Assembly (NCBI GenBank): GCA_965237955.1
Contig: OZ250169.1
Coordinates: 1,184,001 to 1,248,000 of the forward strand
Origin: Candidatus Marinacidobacterales bacterium
Lineage (GTDB): Bacteria; Acidobacteriota; Vicinamibacteria; Marinacidobacterales; SMYC01
DNA length: 64,000 bases
Direction: 5' to 3'
A program made the position numbers and the translations under genes. The notes under the pieces are model-generated. The model was given only the letters and a program-made list of their open reading frames with translations. It did not search any database and was not told where the DNA came from. Below are positions 61,679 through 64,000 of the stretch, one piece after another (position 1 is the first letter of the stretch; each line of letters begins with the position of its first letter).

Positions 61679-64000
61679 TCCTCAGTCGGATGAACATGCA
61701 GGTCTCGTTGCGGGAATGGGATACTTATTCCCGCGTCTTTGAGCTCGTCGTTGATGGTGACGTGCAGGTCGCTCGAGACTTGTAAGAAGTCGTCGATCCG
61801 GGTCCATACCAGCAGCCGGAAGTCGAGGGCGCTTTCCCCGAAGCCGACCATCAGCGCCGAAGGCGCGGGACTCTCGAGTGTTTTCGGATGCGCGCTCGCG
61901 GTGTCGCGGAGTATTTCCAATACTTTCTTCGGGTCGGTGCCGAGGGCGACGTGAACGAGAACTTCGACCCGGCGCGTCATGTCCGTGCGCGTCCAGTTGA
62001 CGAACTCTTTGGACACGAGGTCGCTGTTCGGTACGACGACCTCGGCGCCATCGAACGTCCGGATGGTGCTAGCGCGGATACCGATGCCGGTCACGATTCC
62101 GAAATGATCTTTCGTTTCGACGCGATCGCCGACTTTGATCGGTCTTTCGAAGATCAGAATCAGTCCAGAGACGAAGTTGCTGACGATGTTCTGGAGGCCG
62201 AAGCCAATGCCGACCCCCAACGCGCCAAAAACAACGGTTAGTTGCGTCGCGCTGAGCCCACCGGCGGCAGCCGCCAGTAACAGTCCCGAGCCCCAGATCA
62301 CGTAGTTGATGACGGAGACCACAGAGTGGTCCGCTACAGCGGGCAGACGAAGGCGGGGCAACATTTCCTCGCGCAGGACGAAGCGCACCATCCGCGCCGT
62401 GAACCATGTCGCCACCAGGATGACCATCGCCGCAACGACGCGACCTACCGACACGTCGAGCCCCCCCACGGTCGCAGACGCGGATAGCGCTGCCGCTGCT
62501 TTCTCGGTCAAAGGTTCGAGAAGCTGGAAATTTCTGAGCGAAGCTCGACTCCACCAAATGAACGCGACGGTCGCGGCGACGAGGAATACCCCGCGCGCGA
62601 ACATGTCGCCGTGCCGGCGAACGCTCGGGAAGATGGCGCCGAGCGGGCTCCGGACGGCGACGGGAACGAGAGCCGTCAACGCGAGGACGACAGTTGCCCA
62701 TGCGATGGCGCCAAAGGCGGCCGTCGTCGTCGCATCGGTCAAAGTCTCCGACAGATTTTCCCAACCTAGGATGTTCGCGATCAAGGAAACGGTCAGGAGC
62801 ACGGCCGCCATGGCGAGCAAGAACCAAGCGAAGCGCCACCAAACGCCCACCTTGGTCTTCTCATCCGGCCGCCACCGCGAGATCAGAGCCGCCACCGCTC
62901 CGAGCGCCAACGCGGTCACCAAAACCAGGAGAATCCTGCGAAGAAACGAACCGTCCGGGGCCAGCGCCCACAGACGATTGAGGACGAGCAGCACCATGGC
63001 ACCATAGAGCGCGGATCGCGCCGGTACCGGCAGGAGCCCTCGTCCGAGTCGCACGATGGGCACGATGGCAAGAACCAACACCATGTCCTCGACCGGACCA
63101 ACGGTGTTATCGAGCAGGAACACCATCGCGACGACGGTGAAGGCGACCGCCGTCGACAACGGCCGGGAGACAACGAACCGGGCACTATCCAAACGGTGGT
63201 CGTCGGGGGGCCATGAACGGCTAACGTATCGCGCGAGGAGAGCCGCGAACAAGAACGCGACGAAAGATGTCAAGAGAAACGTGAACCTCCCCGGGCGGGA
63301 CAGGATGAAGGCGACGAGAGTGTCGAGCCAATACTTCTGAGCCTCGACGGCGGAGGCGCGGATCGTGCTGCCTTCCGAAGACTCGCCCAATCGCCACAGG
63401 GGTGGCGTGTTCCGAGTCCAGACACGTGCTCGAACTTTGGCGGCGATGGCCGAGAGTCGATCGATCGCTTCCGCGGAAATCTCTCTGCCTTGTGACACCC
63501 GGGCGAGCACGGAACCGATGGCCTCACCACGTTCGGTGAGACGTCTGTCGACGCCATCCAATCGCTCCAACAGCCGGTCGATCTGCTCGACAATCTCGGT
63601 AGGGGCGTTCTCCTCGGTTGCGTTCTCGCGAGTGATTTCCCACTCGTCGCGAGCCGCCGAAAGCTCTTCGCCTTCCTGAGCGAGCGTCTGCCAACGCTCC
63701 TGAAGCTCGACCATCCACTGGGCCAGCTTTTCGTCGAACTCGCCCCAACCCAGGCGATGATCCGCGAGCATCCGCATCGAGATCTCGTCGCCCTTCACGG
63801 CGTCGAGGTTCCGACGAAGCTCCACGAGAACATCACCGGCATCGCCGACGGCAGCCTCGATTGCTTGTATCTCGTAGCTCGGCTCGAGCAAGGCTTCGAC
63901 CCGACGCAAATTCGCGCCGAGCTCGTCGGAGCGGACCGCCACATCCGCCAGCGGGATCGCAACCGGCACTTCGGCCGTTACCGCCGGCACCGACGCCTCG
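61612..64000 (-). CDS. Large MscS/MscK-like mechanosensitive channel (5' partial)
   Basis: Coiled-coil N-term, many TMs, 'GALGVGIGFGLQNIVSNFVSGLILIFERPIKVGD', 'IPFPQRDLH'. Confidence 0.92.
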   Translation of the reverse strand, partial: EASVPAVTAEVPVAIPLADVAVRSDELGANLRRVEALLEPSYEIQAIEAAVGDAGDVLVELRRNLDAVKGDEISMRMLADHRLGWGEFDEKLAQWMVELQERWQTLAQEGEELSAARDEWEITRENATEENAPTEIVEQIDRLLERLDGVDRRLTERGEAIGSVLARVSQGREISAEAIDRLSAIAAKVRARVWTRNTPPLWRLGESSEGSTIRASAVEAQKYWLDTLVAFILSRPGRFTFLLTSFVAFLFAALLARYVSRSWPPDDHRLDSARFVVSRPLSTAVAFTVVAMVFLLDNTVGPVEDMVLVLAIVPIVRLGRGLLPVPARSALYGAMVLLVLNRLWALAPDGSFLRRILLVLVTALALGAVAALISRWRPDEKTKVGVWWRFAWFLLAMAAVLLTVSLIANILGWENLSETLTDATTTAAFGAIAWATVVLALTALVPVAVRSPLGAIFPSVRRHGDMFARGVFLVAATVAFIWWSRASLRNFQLLEPLTEKAAAALSASATVGGLDVSVGRVVAAMVILVATWFTARMVRFVLREEMLPRLRLPAVADHSVVSVINYVIWGSGLLLAAAAGGLSATQLTVVFGALGVGIGFGLQNIVSNFVSGLILIFERPIKVGDRVETKDHFGIVTGIGIRASTIRTFDGAEVVVPNSDLVSKEFVNWTRTDMTRRVEVLVHVALGTDPKKVLEILRDTASAHPKTLESPAPSALMVGFGESALDFRLLVWTRIDDFLQVSSDLHVTINDELKDAGISIPFPQRDLHVHPTEDQHSASSIQHPASGSDQHRAGK

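Overview
GC-rich bacterial DNA. The gene repertoire (many 'GxGGMGEVYRA' Ser/Thr kinases, a VPS10/BNR protein, M20 peptidase, NHL protein) suggests an Acidobacteriota-like organism; this is inference only. Positions 1-48 kb are strongly eroded: five near-identical IS5/IS903-group copies, IS21, IS481, IS256, IS91-like and integrase-core remnants, two copies of a 125-bp CTAG-targeting MITE, and many genes broken by frameshifts, stops or clean internal deletions. This part includes a decaying MoxR-vWA-beta-propeller (bpX-type) ternary conflict locus at 4.1-12.2 kb. Positions 48.4-64 kb are fully intact. They carry cls, an MscS channel and the best candidate for an undescribed system, a tightly coupled 9-gene operon (50097-61469). 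The operon encodes an acidic lipoprotein, a secreted glycine-zipper-like protein, a membrane Ser/Thr kinase with TPR-like ectodomain, an FHA-like/TM/PEGA/FGE-sulfatase protein, a small secreted peptide, a MotA/TolQ/ExbB protein, a degenerate Hsp70/actin-fold-FHA protein, and two vWA proteins whose N-terminal TM helices carry an ExbD/MotB-like Asp. All family calls come from motif recognition, not database searches.
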